64,000 nucleotides of DNA from a virus (taxonomy: Duplodnaviria > Heunggongvirae > Uroviricota > Caudoviricetes): positions 18,407 to 82,406 of IMG/VR virus record IMGVR_UViG_3300012269_000002; one strand, 5' to 3'. The notes beneath the pieces were generated by a model. That model was not told the origin of the DNA. It ran no database searches and saw nothing but the letters and a program-made list of their open reading frames with translations. Positions 19,015 through 28,982 of this stretch are shown here, piece by piece (position 1 is the stretch's first letter; each line of letters opens with the position of its first letter). The translations under genes were made by a program, and so were the position numbers.

Positions 19015-19785
19015 ATGCATAAAAATATTAACAAAAACTTACTTAGTGAAGAAGTTAAGAGATTTAAACTAATGTCCGAGTACGCCTTCTATGAAGATAG
19101 AACACCAGACAACGGACTTAGCGATGAAGACTTAATATTAGGTATGACCGAAGATGACGATTTAAACTCAGATGAAGATGCACTTGATGCCGAAGCTGAT
19201 GCGGTAGCCGATGATTTAGGGTCTGATTTAGGGCCAGAAGGTGATGGTGGTGAAGAACTTGGTGGTGATTTAGAAGGTGGTGATGAAGATTTGGAAGATT
19301 TAGAATCCATGGACGAACCTATGGACGAACCTATGGATGAACCTATGGAGGATGATGCAGTTGAATTAGATGTAACTGAATTAGTTAATGGTACTGATGA
19401 AGCGACACAAGCAGCAAATGCTGCAAGTGCGGCAGCTGATGAAAGTAACGCTAAGATGGGAAAATTAATGGGTATGGTATCTAAATTAGAAAAACAATTG
19501 GATAGTATGAACGCAATTTCAAATAAAATTGACAACTTAGAACAAGAATTAGAAAAAAGAGCACCGACCCCAGATGAAAAAATAGAGATGAGGTCATTGG
19601 ATTCTTACCCATATAATCTTAAATTAACTGATTTCTGGTCACAACAAAAAGGTCAGTACGATGTCATGAATGACGAAGAAAAAGAAGAGGAATATACTTT
19701 AACGAGACAAGATGTTGATTCATCATACTCAGACTCAATGACTAAGGACTCGTTTGATAATACTTACGAAGAAGAGGATATTTAA
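19015..19785 (+). CDS. Highly acidic coiled-coil protein (possible scaffold/internal head protein)
   Basis: Long D/E/G tract, a 12-nt unit ATGGA(C/T)GAACCT x3 (19309-19344), then a heptad coiled coil. Confidence 0.6.
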   Translation: MHKNINKNLLSEEVKRFKLMSEYAFYEDRTPDNGLSDEDLILGMTEDDDLNSDEDALDAEADAVADDLGSDLGPEGDGGEELGGDLEGGDEDLEDLESMDEPMDEPMDEPMEDDAVELDVTELVNGTDEATQAANAASAAADESNAKMGKLMGMVSKLEKQLDSMNAISNKIDNLEQELEKRAPTPDEKIEMRSLDSYPYNLKLTDFWSQQKGQYDVMNDEEKEEEYTLTRQDVDSSYSDSMTKDSFDNTYEEEDI

Positions 19786-19805
19786 CATAATTTGTGTTGC
19801 ATATT

Positions 19806-19834
19806 AAAAAGAAGGCTTTTGCCTTCTTTTTTTT
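19806..19834 (+). terminator. Intrinsic terminator
   Basis: AAAAAGAAGGC-TTTT-GCCTTCTTTTTTTT. Confidence 0.85.
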
Positions 19835-20065
19835 GTTTAAAACATTGATTTAATCGATTATATTAACTTTATTTGCGGTATAGGAAATATGAAAATATTT
19901 TAAAAAAAGTTGCTAAAAAAAGTTTACTTTTCGGAATTTTTACGTATATCTAATAAGATGATTATTCATATGCATATTACACAAAACTACTACGAAAAAC
20001 AATTACGAGAGGTTAAATTGCCAGAATAACTATTATAAATAACTATTACATTAAAAAAAACAATT

Positions 20066-21022
20066 ATGAGTAACATTTTTGAAAGCATGTTAAAACAGTA
20101 CGATGAATCACATAATCCCGTGGCATCAAACGCTAAAAAGTACGATTTAAAAAACTACTTTAGTACTTACCTGAAAGATGGTGTAAATCAAATCACAAAA
20201 AAAATTAGAATTTTACCTCCTATGGAAGGGTCAACCGTTCCCTGGGTAGTAAAGTGGGGTCACAAAATTCAAGTTGAAGGCTCTTGGAAAACATTCGCAT
20301 GTCTTAAACATGAGTATGAAGATGCATGTCCTTTCTGTGAAGCTAGAGAGGTTCTATTATCCTCTGGTGAAGCTAGTGATAAAGAGTTAGCTAAAAAATA
20401 TTCGGCTAGAATGATGTATGTCGTTAAAGTTATCGACAGAGATTTTGAATCAGAAGGAGTTAAATTCTGGAGATTTAATCACGATTACAGAAAAACTGGT
20501 ATTTTCGATAAAATAATGGGAGCTATTAAAGCGGTTCAACATGATATATCGGACCCACAAACTGGTAGGGATTTGAATATTGAAATCGCAAGAGACCAAA
20601 ACAAAAGACCAGTTGTCCAATCAATATCTTACCCATTAGTATCAACACCATTAAATGCGGATGCTGGAATAGCTACCGATTGGTTGTCTGACACTAGAGT
20701 TTGGCAAGATGTTTATAGTGTAAGAGATTATAACTATTTAGCGATTGTAGTTAGTGGAGAAGTTCCAGTATGGAGCAAGGCTAAAGAAAAGTTCGTTGCA
20801 AAATCATCACTTGATGTACCTAATACTGGTGGAGATAAGTCTCATGATGATTTAGATTCTGAATTAGTTATGGGTGGACCTAAAGTTAATCCTACCGACA
20901 ACACCGCTAAAGGTGTGGTTCAGGTTAGTACACCAGCAGTTGATTTAGCTAAAGTTAATACAGTTAAACCTAAACCATCTCAAATCGAAGAAGATGATGA
21001 GGATGATGACTTACCATTCTAA
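20066..21022 (+). CDS. Single-stranded DNA-binding protein (T4 gp32-like)
   Basis: KIRILPP, H...C......CPFCE zinc motif, acidic tail EDDEDDDLPF. Confidence 0.85.
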   Translation: MSNIFESMLKQYDESHNPVASNAKKYDLKNYFSTYLKDGVNQITKKIRILPPMEGSTVPWVVKWGHKIQVEGSWKTFACLKHEYEDACPFCEAREVLLSSGEASDKELAKKYSARMMYVVKVIDRDFESEGVKFWRFNHDYRKTGIFDKIMGAIKAVQHDISDPQTGRDLNIEIARDQNKRPVVQSISYPLVSTPLNADAGIATDWLSDTRVWQDVYSVRDYNYLAIVVSGEVPVWSKAKEKFVAKSSLDVPNTGGDKSHDDLDSELVMGGPKVNPTDNTAKGVVQVSTPAVDLAKVNTVKPKPSQIEEDDEDDDLPF

Positions 21023-21102
21023 ATTAAATTAAAATATAATACAATATAATAATGGGTGTGTGATGCACCCATTGTTATCTACAATAATTAATAAATTTAA
21101 AT

Positions 21103-22206
21103 ATGGCAAAAAAAGCACCAAAAAAAGTAGTAGAAAAGAAAAATTTTGATTTAGATTCGTTCTTAGAATCCGAAAATTTAAACTCAGACCCAAAAGATAA
21201 AGAATTATCCTGGGTACCATTATCAAAGGCTTGGCATGATTCATTAAAATTACCTGGTTTTCCAAGAGGTTTTGTTAGCTTAATTAGAGGTTATTCAAAT
21301 ACAGGTAAATCAACAGCATTTTATGAGGCCATTGCTGGCGCACAAAAAATAGGCGACTTTGCCGTGGTTATTGAAACCGAAGGTAACTGGAACGATGGTC
21401 ACGCAAAAATGGTCGGGGTTAAGTTTAAAGAAGTGGTAGATGAAAAAACTGGCGAGATAACCGAAAAACCAGATGGGTTTATGTTACTTAGAGGTAAGGA
21501 TTTATATGATAGATATAAAAACTATGACCACAAGGATTCAAAAATGACCACAAAACCAACTAGGGGTGAACCAGTTATTGAAGATGTTGCGTTATTTATT
21601 AATGAAATGATTGACAAACAATCAGAAGGTTTAATAGATAGAAACATGGTATTCCTTTGGGATTCAATCGGAACACTTAACTGTTATAAATCAGCAGTAT
21701 CTAATGCTAGTAATAACATGTGGAATGCTGGCGCAATGGGATGCTTCCAATCACTGGTTAACTTTAAGATACCAGCGAGTAGAGATATCGATAGTGAGTA
21801 TATTAATACATTTATATGTGTTCAAAAAATATGGTTGGATAGTATGAACGGTACGGTAATTAAACACAAGGGTGGTGAATTTATGTTCTATAATTGTAGA
21901 ATACTGGTACACTTAGGTGGTATATTAACACATGGTACTACTAAATTAAAAGCTAAATCATTAGGCCAAGATTACCAATATGGAATTAAGGCTAAGATTA
22001 GGTGTGAGAAAAATCATGTAACGGGTATTGAAAGAAGTGGAGATATCGCTTCAACACCTCACGGATATGTTAATCCAGATGAACTTGATGAGTACAAAAA
22101 AGAACACCGTGCATTCATTCATGAAGCATTGAGTGTAGATTATGATGCAAAAATTGACTTTTCAGAAGAAGATGGCAATTTTGATGATGTGGATAAGGAA
22201 AGTTAA
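21103..22206 (+). CDS. RecA/UvsX-like recombinase
   Basis: Walker A GYSNTGKST, IETEG, Walker B FLWDSIG; follows the SSB gene. Confidence 0.85.
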   Translation: MAKKAPKKVVEKKNFDLDSFLESENLNSDPKDKELSWVPLSKAWHDSLKLPGFPRGFVSLIRGYSNTGKSTAFYEAIAGAQKIGDFAVVIETEGNWNDGHAKMVGVKFKEVVDEKTGEITEKPDGFMLLRGKDLYDRYKNYDHKDSKMTTKPTRGEPVIEDVALFINEMIDKQSEGLIDRNMVFLWDSIGTLNCYKSAVSNASNNMWNAGAMGCFQSLVNFKIPASRDIDSEYINTFICVQKIWLDSMNGTVIKHKGGEFMFYNCRILVHLGGILTHGTTKLKAKSLGQDYQYGIKAKIRCEKNHVTGIERSGDIASTPHGYVNPDELDEYKKEHRAFIHEALSVDYDAKIDFSEEDGNFDDVDKES

Positions 22207-22236
22207 AAATAGTATTAACCTTTAAAGGTAAAAGTT

Positions 22237-23292
22237 ATGAGAAGATTGCCACCTAAAGAATTAGGTAATAAAGCAATTCAAAGTACATTAGTAGTCGATG
22301 GTAATGCCCTCTATAAAAGAGGTTTTATCGGGGCTAGGGAAGAATACAACCACAAGGGTAAACAAATAGGTGGTGTATACCAATTCCTAACGGTTTTAAG
22401 GAAGTTATTAGAAGATAATTTATATCACAATGTATTTGTGTTTTGGGACGGTGATTTTTCTGGAAAACTAAGGTGGGAAATTTACAAAGATTATAAAATA
22501 GCTAGAGGTAAGGACTATATAAATGGGACTAAACCTGACGACCCATCTGAAATCATACAAAGGGGTATGGTATTCAATTATTTGGAAGAGTTATACGTTA
22601 GACAACTTGTGGATAATGTTGTCGAGGGTGATGATTTCATAGCCTATTACTGTAAGGTTAAAAAGGAACATGAAAAAATTACAATAGCCACAAGCGATAG
22701 GGATATGTGCCAATTAATTACGGATGATGTTAGAATCTATATGTTAGATTTAAAGACATATGTAACTAAGGATAATTTTAATACATATTTTAAATATCAT
22801 TTAGATAATGCCGCACTAATGAAAATATTATGTGGTGATAATAGTGATAGTATTAAAGGTGTAAGAAGACTTGGTGAAGGTACACTATTAAAACATTTTC
22901 CAGAGTTGACCGAAAGGAAGGTAGAGTTAGATGAAATTATAGAGGGTGCAATAAAACTACAGGGTGAAAGAATATCCAATAAACAAAAACCCCTACAAAT
23001 TCTGACCAATATTTCAGAAAGTATAACTGACGGAATACAAGGTAGTGATTTATTTGAAATAAACCGAAAACTAGTTGATTTGACAGTACCACTATTAACC
23101 GAAGGGGCAATAGAGGAAATAAATAACCTAATCGATTCACCAATGAGTGACGATAGAAGCATAAAAAAAGTATATGCGATGTTAAAAGAGGATGGGATAG
23201 ATAAGATGTTAGGTGAACATAGATTTACCGAGTACCTATTACCGTTTAAAAAATTAATTGAAAGAGAGAAAAAAAATAACATTTTAAATTAA
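22237..23292 (+). CDS. 5'-3' exonuclease / flap endonuclease (PolI N-terminal, T4 RNase H-like)
   Basis: LVVDGN, FWDG, Y..YK..R, EGDDFIA, SDRD..QL, GDNSDSIKGV..LGE.T (H3TH). Confidence 0.92.
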   Translation: MRRLPPKELGNKAIQSTLVVDGNALYKRGFIGAREEYNHKGKQIGGVYQFLTVLRKLLEDNLYHNVFVFWDGDFSGKLRWEIYKDYKIARGKDYINGTKPDDPSEIIQRGMVFNYLEELYVRQLVDNVVEGDDFIAYYCKVKKEHEKITIATSDRDMCQLITDDVRIYMLDLKTYVTKDNFNTYFKYHLDNAALMKILCGDNSDSIKGVRRLGEGTLLKHFPELTERKVELDEIIEGAIKLQGERISNKQKPLQILTNISESITDGIQGSDLFEINRKLVDLTVPLLTEGAIEEINNLIDSPMSDDRSIKKVYAMLKEDGIDKMLGEHRFTEYLLPFKKLIEREKKNNILN

Positions 23293-23297
23293 AAACT

Positions 23298-23792
23298 ATG
23301 GAGAAAGTAAAAAAGAATTTTTGGGACGACTTTAGGTTTGAATTCAACCTTTACATCAATGACAATATTATATGTCAAAGAATGTTTAACGTTAAAGGCT
23401 ACAATAAACAAGTCTTAAATTCATTAGAATTAAATGAGTTAATGAGGTCATTAACGGGTATCAACAACAATGAATTAGGGTATATGGGTGTTATCCCAAC
23501 CTACTTTAAATATTTGTGTTCAAATGTGTCTTGGAGACATTATAACCCTTACAGGTTATCTGAGACTAGTGAAAACGTAAAACCTATGTTTGATAGTGAA
23601 GATATTTTCACATTTGAAATCAAGGTTGACAAGCGAGTTGTTGCCAAAAGTCAATTCTCAGGTAATTGGTTCCAAACGGACGTTAGGTATGCCGTTAATA
23701 TTAGAGACATTATCCCAGAGATAATTTCAGAAATAGAGGAATATATGAGTAGAGAAGAGTACACCTTACCTTACGAATCTGGGGTTTATTAA
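23298..23792 (+). CDS. Hypothetical protein
   Basis: 164-aa ORF in the replication operon. Confidence 0.7.
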   Translation: MEKVKKNFWDDFRFEFNLYINDNIICQRMFNVKGYNKQVLNSLELNELMRSLTGINNNELGYMGVIPTYFKYLCSNVSWRHYNPYRLSETSENVKPMFDSEDIFTFEIKVDKRVVAKSQFSGNWFQTDVRYAVNIRDIIPEIISEIEEYMSREEYTLPYESGVY

Positions 23793-23804
23793 CCCCAGAT
23801 TTTT
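23776..23804 (+). terminator. Hairpin/terminator
   Basis: AATCTGGGGTT / AACCCCAGATT stem plus T run. Confidence 0.6.
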
Positions 23805-23841
23805 AAATCCCCATTTATAAAGTTAAAAAGTTTGAATAATT

Positions 23842-26286
23842 ATGAGTAAAATAGATAAAGATAAGTTAGGGTATTTAGGTATTGATTTCCAATATAGGTT
23901 ATTACAGCAAATTATAGTAGATAGAAAATTTGGTGAGTCGATTATAGATATAATGACACCAAATTACTTTGAAGATGCATTTTTAAGGAGTGTTGCTGGT
24001 AAAATAAAGGATAACTACGAAAAATACGAAACAATACCAGACATGAATAGTTTGGAATCTATATTATATGAAAATATAATTGATGAAGTTGACAAGGAAA
24101 TGTATATCAGTTCCCTTAAAAGAATCAAAGAGGCCGAACAGAACAATAGTCTTAGAACCCAAGACATTGCAATGAAATTTTGCAAACAACAAGAGTTAAA
24201 AAAATCTGTAAGAGAAATGCAGTTGATAATTGAAAAGGGTGACTTGGACGATTATCATTTATGTGAAGAACTTCTTAAGAAAGCCTTAGAGGTCGGACAT
24301 AGTAAAGATGATGGTATAGATGTATTCTATGATATCGAAAGTGTATTATCCGAAGATTTCAGGGACCCAATACCAACGGGTATCGATGGATTGGATACTT
24401 ACATGGATGGTGGATTGGCTAAAGGTGAATTAGCGGTGATTTTAGCCCCTACTGGGGTTGGTAAAGCTCAACCTCTTACATCTAAAATATTAACACCTAA
24501 CGGTTGGACAACTATGGGAAAAATACAAGTTAATGATTTTGTTATTGGTGATGATGGTAAAAAGACTAAAGTTATTGGTGTGTTTCCACAAGGTAAACGA
24601 CCTATATATGAAATTAAATTTAACGATGGTACATCTACATTATGTGATGAAGAACATTTATGGTCTGTAAATACAATAAACCAACGTAATCGTAAAACTA
24701 AAAAAAATGGTAAAGTAGTTTATCTACCAAGTGATGATAGTTTTAAAACGATTAAAACTAAAGACATGTTAGATGATATTAAAAAATGGGGTGGTAAAAA
24801 TAATTATAAAATACCCATAGTTAAACCAGTTCAATTTGAAAATAATACTAAATTACCTATCGACCCATATGTAATGGGATTAATATTAGGTGATGGATGC
24901 ATTACGGATTCAAATCAACCTAGAATAACAACTAAAGATGAATTTATTGTTAATGAAGTTAAGAGTAGGTATAATGATGTTAATATTTATTCTAGAGAAC
25001 GTTATATTGAAGAAAATAGTACCAATAAAATTATGTTAAATAAAAGGAGTATTCTTGAAATATCATTATTAGGTGCTAAATCTAAATTAAGTGATTTAAA
25101 ATTATATGGTTGTAATAGTGAATCTAAATTTATACCTAACTTATATTTGTTTAATACTATAGAAAATAGGTTATCTTTGTTACAAGGTTTAATTGATAGT
25201 GATGGTTACATTAATTCACATAGAATAGAATATGTGACTGTTTCAGAATCGCTATGTAATGGAATGATTGAGTTAATTCGTTCATTAGGTGGTAAAGTTA
25301 GTTTTAAAACGAAAATAGGTTCATATAAAAATAAATTAGGTGAAATTATTAACTGTAAAAAATATTATAGATTATCTATGAGTTTACCCAATAATGGTAT
25401 TATACCTTCCTTATTACCTCGTAAACGTAATAAATTTATAAATAGGGAAAAATATTCTAGTAATAAATTTATTACCTCAATTGAATATCACGGACATTTA
25501 GAGGCACAATGTATTATGGTAGATAATATTAATCATTTATATGTGACAGATGATTATATTGTAACTCATAATACCACATTGAGCACTAAGTTAGCAAACC
25601 ACGCTAAAAACATAGGTAAAAACGTTCTACAGATATTCTTTGAGGATAACCCAAAGATAATTCAGAAGAAACATTTAACATGTTGGATGGAAGGTAAATA
25701 CACATTAAACGAGCTAAGTGAAAATAAAGAAGAAATATTTGCTGTTGCCGAGGAAATGCAAAGTAGACCTGGAACTATTAGATTAAAAAAATTTCCTAGT
25801 GATAGTACTACAATTCCGATAATTAAACAGTATATTAAAAAATTGATGTCACAAGGATTTAAACCTGATTTAGTTATATTGGATTATATTGACTGTGTAC
25901 AATCAAGTAAACAATATAAGGAAAGTTGGGATGCGGAAGGTAATGTAATGCGACAATTTGAAACGATGTTATCAGAACTTGATATGGCTGGTTGGACCGC
26001 TGTTCAAGGTAACCGTTGTGTTTCTATTGATACTCATGTAGTTACTAAGAAAAATGGTAATATAAAAATAAAAGATATTGTTGAAGGTGATGAAATATTA
26101 ACACATAAAGGTTATAAGAAGGTAACACATGTATTTCCTATTGAAAAGCAACCGATATATAAAATAAAATTAAAATCTGGTAAAACTATAAATGTATCTA
26201 AAAAACATAAGTTTCCAACTAGTGATGGAAAACTTTTATCAATACAAGATGGTTTAAAAGTGGGTGATAAATTATTAACTAAATAA
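23842..26286 (+). CDS. dnaB: DnaB/gp41-like replicative helicase, N-terminal fragment (contains a cis intein and ends in a split-intein N-half)
   Basis: IPTGIDGLD...GGLAKGELAVILAPTGVGK Walker A interrupted by an intein; ILDYIDC Walker B; ends AVQGNR|CVSIDT...KLLTK*. Confidence 0.9.
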   Translation: MSKIDKDKLGYLGIDFQYRLLQQIIVDRKFGESIIDIMTPNYFEDAFLRSVAGKIKDNYEKYETIPDMNSLESILYENIIDEVDKEMYISSLKRIKEAEQNNSLRTQDIAMKFCKQQELKKSVREMQLIIEKGDLDDYHLCEELLKKALEVGHSKDDGIDVFYDIESVLSEDFRDPIPTGIDGLDTYMDGGLAKGELAVILAPTGVGKAQPLTSKILTPNGWTTMGKIQVNDFVIGDDGKKTKVIGVFPQGKRPIYEIKFNDGTSTLCDEEHLWSVNTINQRNRKTKKNGKVVYLPSDDSFKTIKTKDMLDDIKKWGGKNNYKIPIVKPVQFENNTKLPIDPYVMGLILGDGCITDSNQPRITTKDEFIVNEVKSRYNDVNIYSRERYIEENSTNKIMLNKRSILEISLLGAKSKLSDLKLYGCNSESKFIPNLYLFNTIENRLSLLQGLIDSDGYINSHRIEYVTVSESLCNGMIELIRSLGGKVSFKTKIGSYKNKLGEIINCKKYYRLSMSLPNNGIIPSLLPRKRNKFINREKYSSNKFITSIEYHGHLEAQCIMVDNINHLYVTDDYIVTHNTTLSTKLANHAKNIGKNVLQIFFEDNPKIIQKKHLTCWMEGKYTLNELSENKEEIFAVAEEMQSRPGTIRLKKFPSDSTTIPIIKQYIKKLMSQGFKPDLVILDYIDCVQSSKQYKESWDAEGNVMRQFETMLSELDMAGWTAVQGNRCVSIDTHVVTKKNGNIKIKDIVEGDEILTHKGYKKVTHVFPIEKQPIYKIKLKSGKTINVSKKHKFPTSDGKLLSIQDGLKVGDKLLTK
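24466..25572 (+). mobile_element. Cis intein (369 aa) in helicase Walker A; Ala1, class-3-type, with LAGLIDADG endonuclease
   Basis: GVGK|AQPL...DEEHLW...MGLILGDG...LLQGLIDSDG...AQCIMV...IVTHN|TT. Confidence 0.9.
26017..26283 (+). mobile_element. Split intein N-half (89 aa) of helicase
   Basis: C1 start CVSIDTHV, block B VSKKHKF, then a stop codon with no C-terminal block. Confidence 0.88.
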
Positions 26287-26333
26287 CTTTTTTGTACTGC
26301 GGTTAACTTTTTAATAAATTATAACTATTTATA

Positions 26334-27476
26334 ATGAAATATATTATGAAAAAGTTAACTGCAAAATATATTATTAATAGGAAAATGTTTAATAATATTG
26401 AAGAAAATACGATTACTGAAAGACATTTAAATGAAATTGATAAAATTTTAAAAAAATATGATAATAAAACTATAAAAAATAGGTTAAAAAATATTCATGA
26501 TTTTATAAAATATAATGTTGATGGGTGTTGGTTAGAAAGGATAAATATTATTAGAACTGTTTTAAAAAATGATGTAACATCTGATTATGCTTTAGAAATA
26601 AGATATGGAAAAAAAAATGTAGAAAAAAAGAAAAAAGATTTTTCAAGTAAATTTGGACATAGTTTAGAAAAATATAAAAAAAAATATGGTGAGTTGTTAG
26701 GTAAAATAAAATGGGAAGAATATTTAAAAAAATCAAAAACACCTTGGGGTTTAGATGCATGTATTGAAAAATTTGGTAAAATAAAAGGTCCTAAAAAATG
26801 GGATGAAAGACTAAGTAGAAAAAATAAAACTATGTCTGAGCGAAAATTAATAAAACCATATAGAAATGGTAGAACTTTAAAAGAATATCAAAATAGGTAT
26901 GGAATTGAAGAAGGTTTTATTAAATGGGATAAAAGAAATAAAAAACAAAGTTATAGATTTAGTAAAAAATATTATATAAATACTTTTGGTGAAAAGGTTG
27001 GTAATGAAAAATGGAATGAATATCGTAAAAGAATGAATTTAACTTCATTAGATAGTTTCATAAAACGTTACGGTAAAAAGAAAGGTATTGAAAAGTTTAA
27101 CACTTACATAAGTAAATGTTTTAAAAGTGGTTCTTTTTATAGTAAAATTTCACAAGAATTATTTTTTGAAATTTATAATAAATTAACTGAAAATATAAAA
27201 AAGGGTGTTAGATTTGCTAAATTGAATGGTGAGGAAGTATTTCACGTTAATCAAGATGATTTAAAAATAATAATGGTTGATTTTAAATGTGGTAATAGAA
27301 TAATAGAGTTTGATGGTGATTATTGGCATGATAATACTAAACAAAAAATAATTGATAAAAAACGAGATGAGTATTTAAAAAGTAAAGGTTATAATATTAT
27401 GAGAATATGGGAATCAGAGTATTTGAAAAATAAAAATAAAATAATAAATAAATGTTTAAAATTTATAAATGAATAG
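26334..27476 (+). CDS. Free-standing Vsr-like PD-(D/E)XK endonuclease inside the split intein
   Basis: Lys-rich K.YG...G..KW..Y repeats, then VDFKCGNRIIEFDGDYWH...DKKRDEYL...GYNIMRIWESEY. Its stop overlaps the start of the IntC gene. Confidence 0.8.
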   Translation: MKYIMKKLTAKYIINRKMFNNIEENTITERHLNEIDKILKKYDNKTIKNRLKNIHDFIKYNVDGCWLERINIIRTVLKNDVTSDYALEIRYGKKNVEKKKKDFSSKFGHSLEKYKKKYGELLGKIKWEEYLKKSKTPWGLDACIEKFGKIKGPKKWDERLSRKNKTMSERKLIKPYRNGRTLKEYQNRYGIEEGFIKWDKRNKKQSYRFSKKYYINTFGEKVGNEKWNEYRKRMNLTSLDSFIKRYGKKKGIEKFNTYISKCFKSGSFYSKISQELFFEIYNKLTENIKKGVRFAKLNGEEVFHVNQDDLKIIMVDFKCGNRIIEFDGDYWHDNTKQKIIDKKRDEYLKSKGYNIMRIWESEYLKNKNKIINKCLKFINE

Positions 27477-27957
27477 TGATATGAATAAATATGATATTAG
27501 TATGGATGATTTTTCATTAGATGAAATAGAATCCATAGAATTAATGGGCGAAGAAGATACAATAGATATAACAGTAGAAGATACACATATGTTTTATGCT
27601 AATGATATTTACACACATAATTCATCACTTACGGCAGAAACGGTCGATTCAAGTATGTTCGGGGGGTCTATTAAAAAAGCACAAATAGGTCACTTCATCA
27701 TTTCAATAGCAAAAACATTGGACCAAAAAGAACACGGAACCGCAAATATGGCGATACTTAAATCTAGATTTGGTCAAGACGGGATAATATTTGAGGATAT
27801 TATTTTCGATAATGGTAGAATACAGATAAGTATTAATAAGGGGCAAGAGGATGGTCATAGCTTTTTACAAAGTAAACAAAATAGAGCCGTAAAGGACCAG
27901 AATAGAGTTAGTAATATTATGGCCGCCATACAAGAGAGAAAAGAATTAGAAGGATAA
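27469..27957 (+). CDS. dnaB: Helicase C-terminal fragment preceded by split intein C-half (IntC 27469-27621, 51 aa)
   Basis: ...TIDITVEDTHMFYANDIYTHN|SSL...GGSIKKAQIGHFIISIAK...ILKSRFG (helicase motif H4). Confidence 0.9.
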   Translation: MNSDMNKYDISMDDFSLDEIESIELMGEEDTIDITVEDTHMFYANDIYTHNSSLTAETVDSSMFGGSIKKAQIGHFIISIAKTLDQKEHGTANMAILKSRFGQDGIIFEDIIFDNGRIQISINKGQEDGHSFLQSKQNRAVKDQNRVSNIMAAIQERKELEG

Positions 27958-27984
27958 AAAATTAAATAATTAAAAATAGAAATT

Positions 27985-28959
27985 ATGATTGAACCAATTT
28001 TACAAGAGAATAAGAACAGATTTGTTATATTTCCAATAGTGCACCAAGACATATGGGAATGGTACAAAAAAGCTGAATCAACTATTTGGACAGCAGAAGA
28101 AATAGATTTATCACAAGATTTGACCGACTGGGAAAAACTTAATGATAACGAACAATACTTTATTAAGAACGTATTAGCGTTTTTTGCCGCATCTGATGGT
28201 ATTGTTAATGAAAACCTTGCAGAAAACTTTGTTAGTGAAGTGCAATATGCCGAAGCTAAATTTTTCTACGGATTCCAAATAATGATGGAAAATATTCATT
28301 CAGAGACATACTCATTGTTAATTGATACGTATGTTAAAGATGAGGAAGAAAAAGATAGGTTATTTAGGGCTATCGAAACAGTCTCAGCTGTAAAGAAAAA
28401 AGCTGAGTGGGCATTAAAGTGGATTGATTCACCTAGTTTTGCTGAAAGATTAATTGCTTTCGCTGCGGTTGAAGGTATTTTCTTTTCAGGTTCGTTTTGT
28501 TCTATCTACTGGTTAAAGAGTAGAGGACTTATGCCTGGACTTAGTTTTTCAAATGAATTAATTTCAAGAGATGAAGGGTTACATTGTGATTTTGCGGTGC
28601 ATTTACACAATCACCACTTAGTTAATAAAGTTCCAAAGGAAAGAATTAGAGAAATTTTAGAGTCGGCCCTTGAAATTGAAAAAGAATTTATTTTAGAATC
28701 ATTACCAATTAGTTTAATAGGTATGAACTCTAAATTAATGTCTCAATACTTGGAGTATGTAACCGATACCTTGTTAGTGGATTTAGGTTGTGAAGCTATT
28801 TATAACGCTAAAAACCCATTTGATTTCATGGTTAATATCGCATTGGAAAATAAAACTAATTTCTTTGAAAAAAGAGTTAGTGAGTATTCAAAAAACGGTG
28901 TTGGAAAAAGTTCTGAAACAAATATCATGACTTTTGGTGAAGATGATGAAGATTTTTAA
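27985..28959 (+). CDS. nrdB: Ribonucleotide reductase class Ia beta subunit
   Basis: [39 protein letters not shown] di-iron motifs; uninterrupted. Confidence 0.97.
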   Translation: MIEPILQENKNRFVIFPIVHQDIWEWYKKAESTIWTAEEIDLSQDLTDWEKLNDNEQYFIKNVLAFFAASDGIVNENLAENFVSEVQYAEAKFFYGFQIMMENIHSETYSLLIDTYVKDEEEKDRLFRAIETVSAVKKKAEWALKWIDSPSFAERLIAFAAVEGIFFSGSFCSIYWLKSRGLMPGLSFSNELISRDEGLHCDFAVHLHNHHLVNKVPKERIREILESALEIEKEFILESLPISLIGMNSKLMSQYLEYVTDTLLVDLGCEAIYNAKNPFDFMVNIALENKTNFFEKRVSEYSKNGVGKSSETNIMTFGEDDEDF

Positions 28960-28982
28960 TATATATTAATAAACTATAAATA

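Noticed and set aside
19089-19535. 148-aa Ser-rich antisense ORF
   Set aside because: Mirror of the D/E-rich gene on the plus strand.
21051-21073. Hairpin AATGGGTG/CACCCATT after the SSB gene as a terminator
   Set aside because: No U-tract; may be a processing or stability element but there is no further support.
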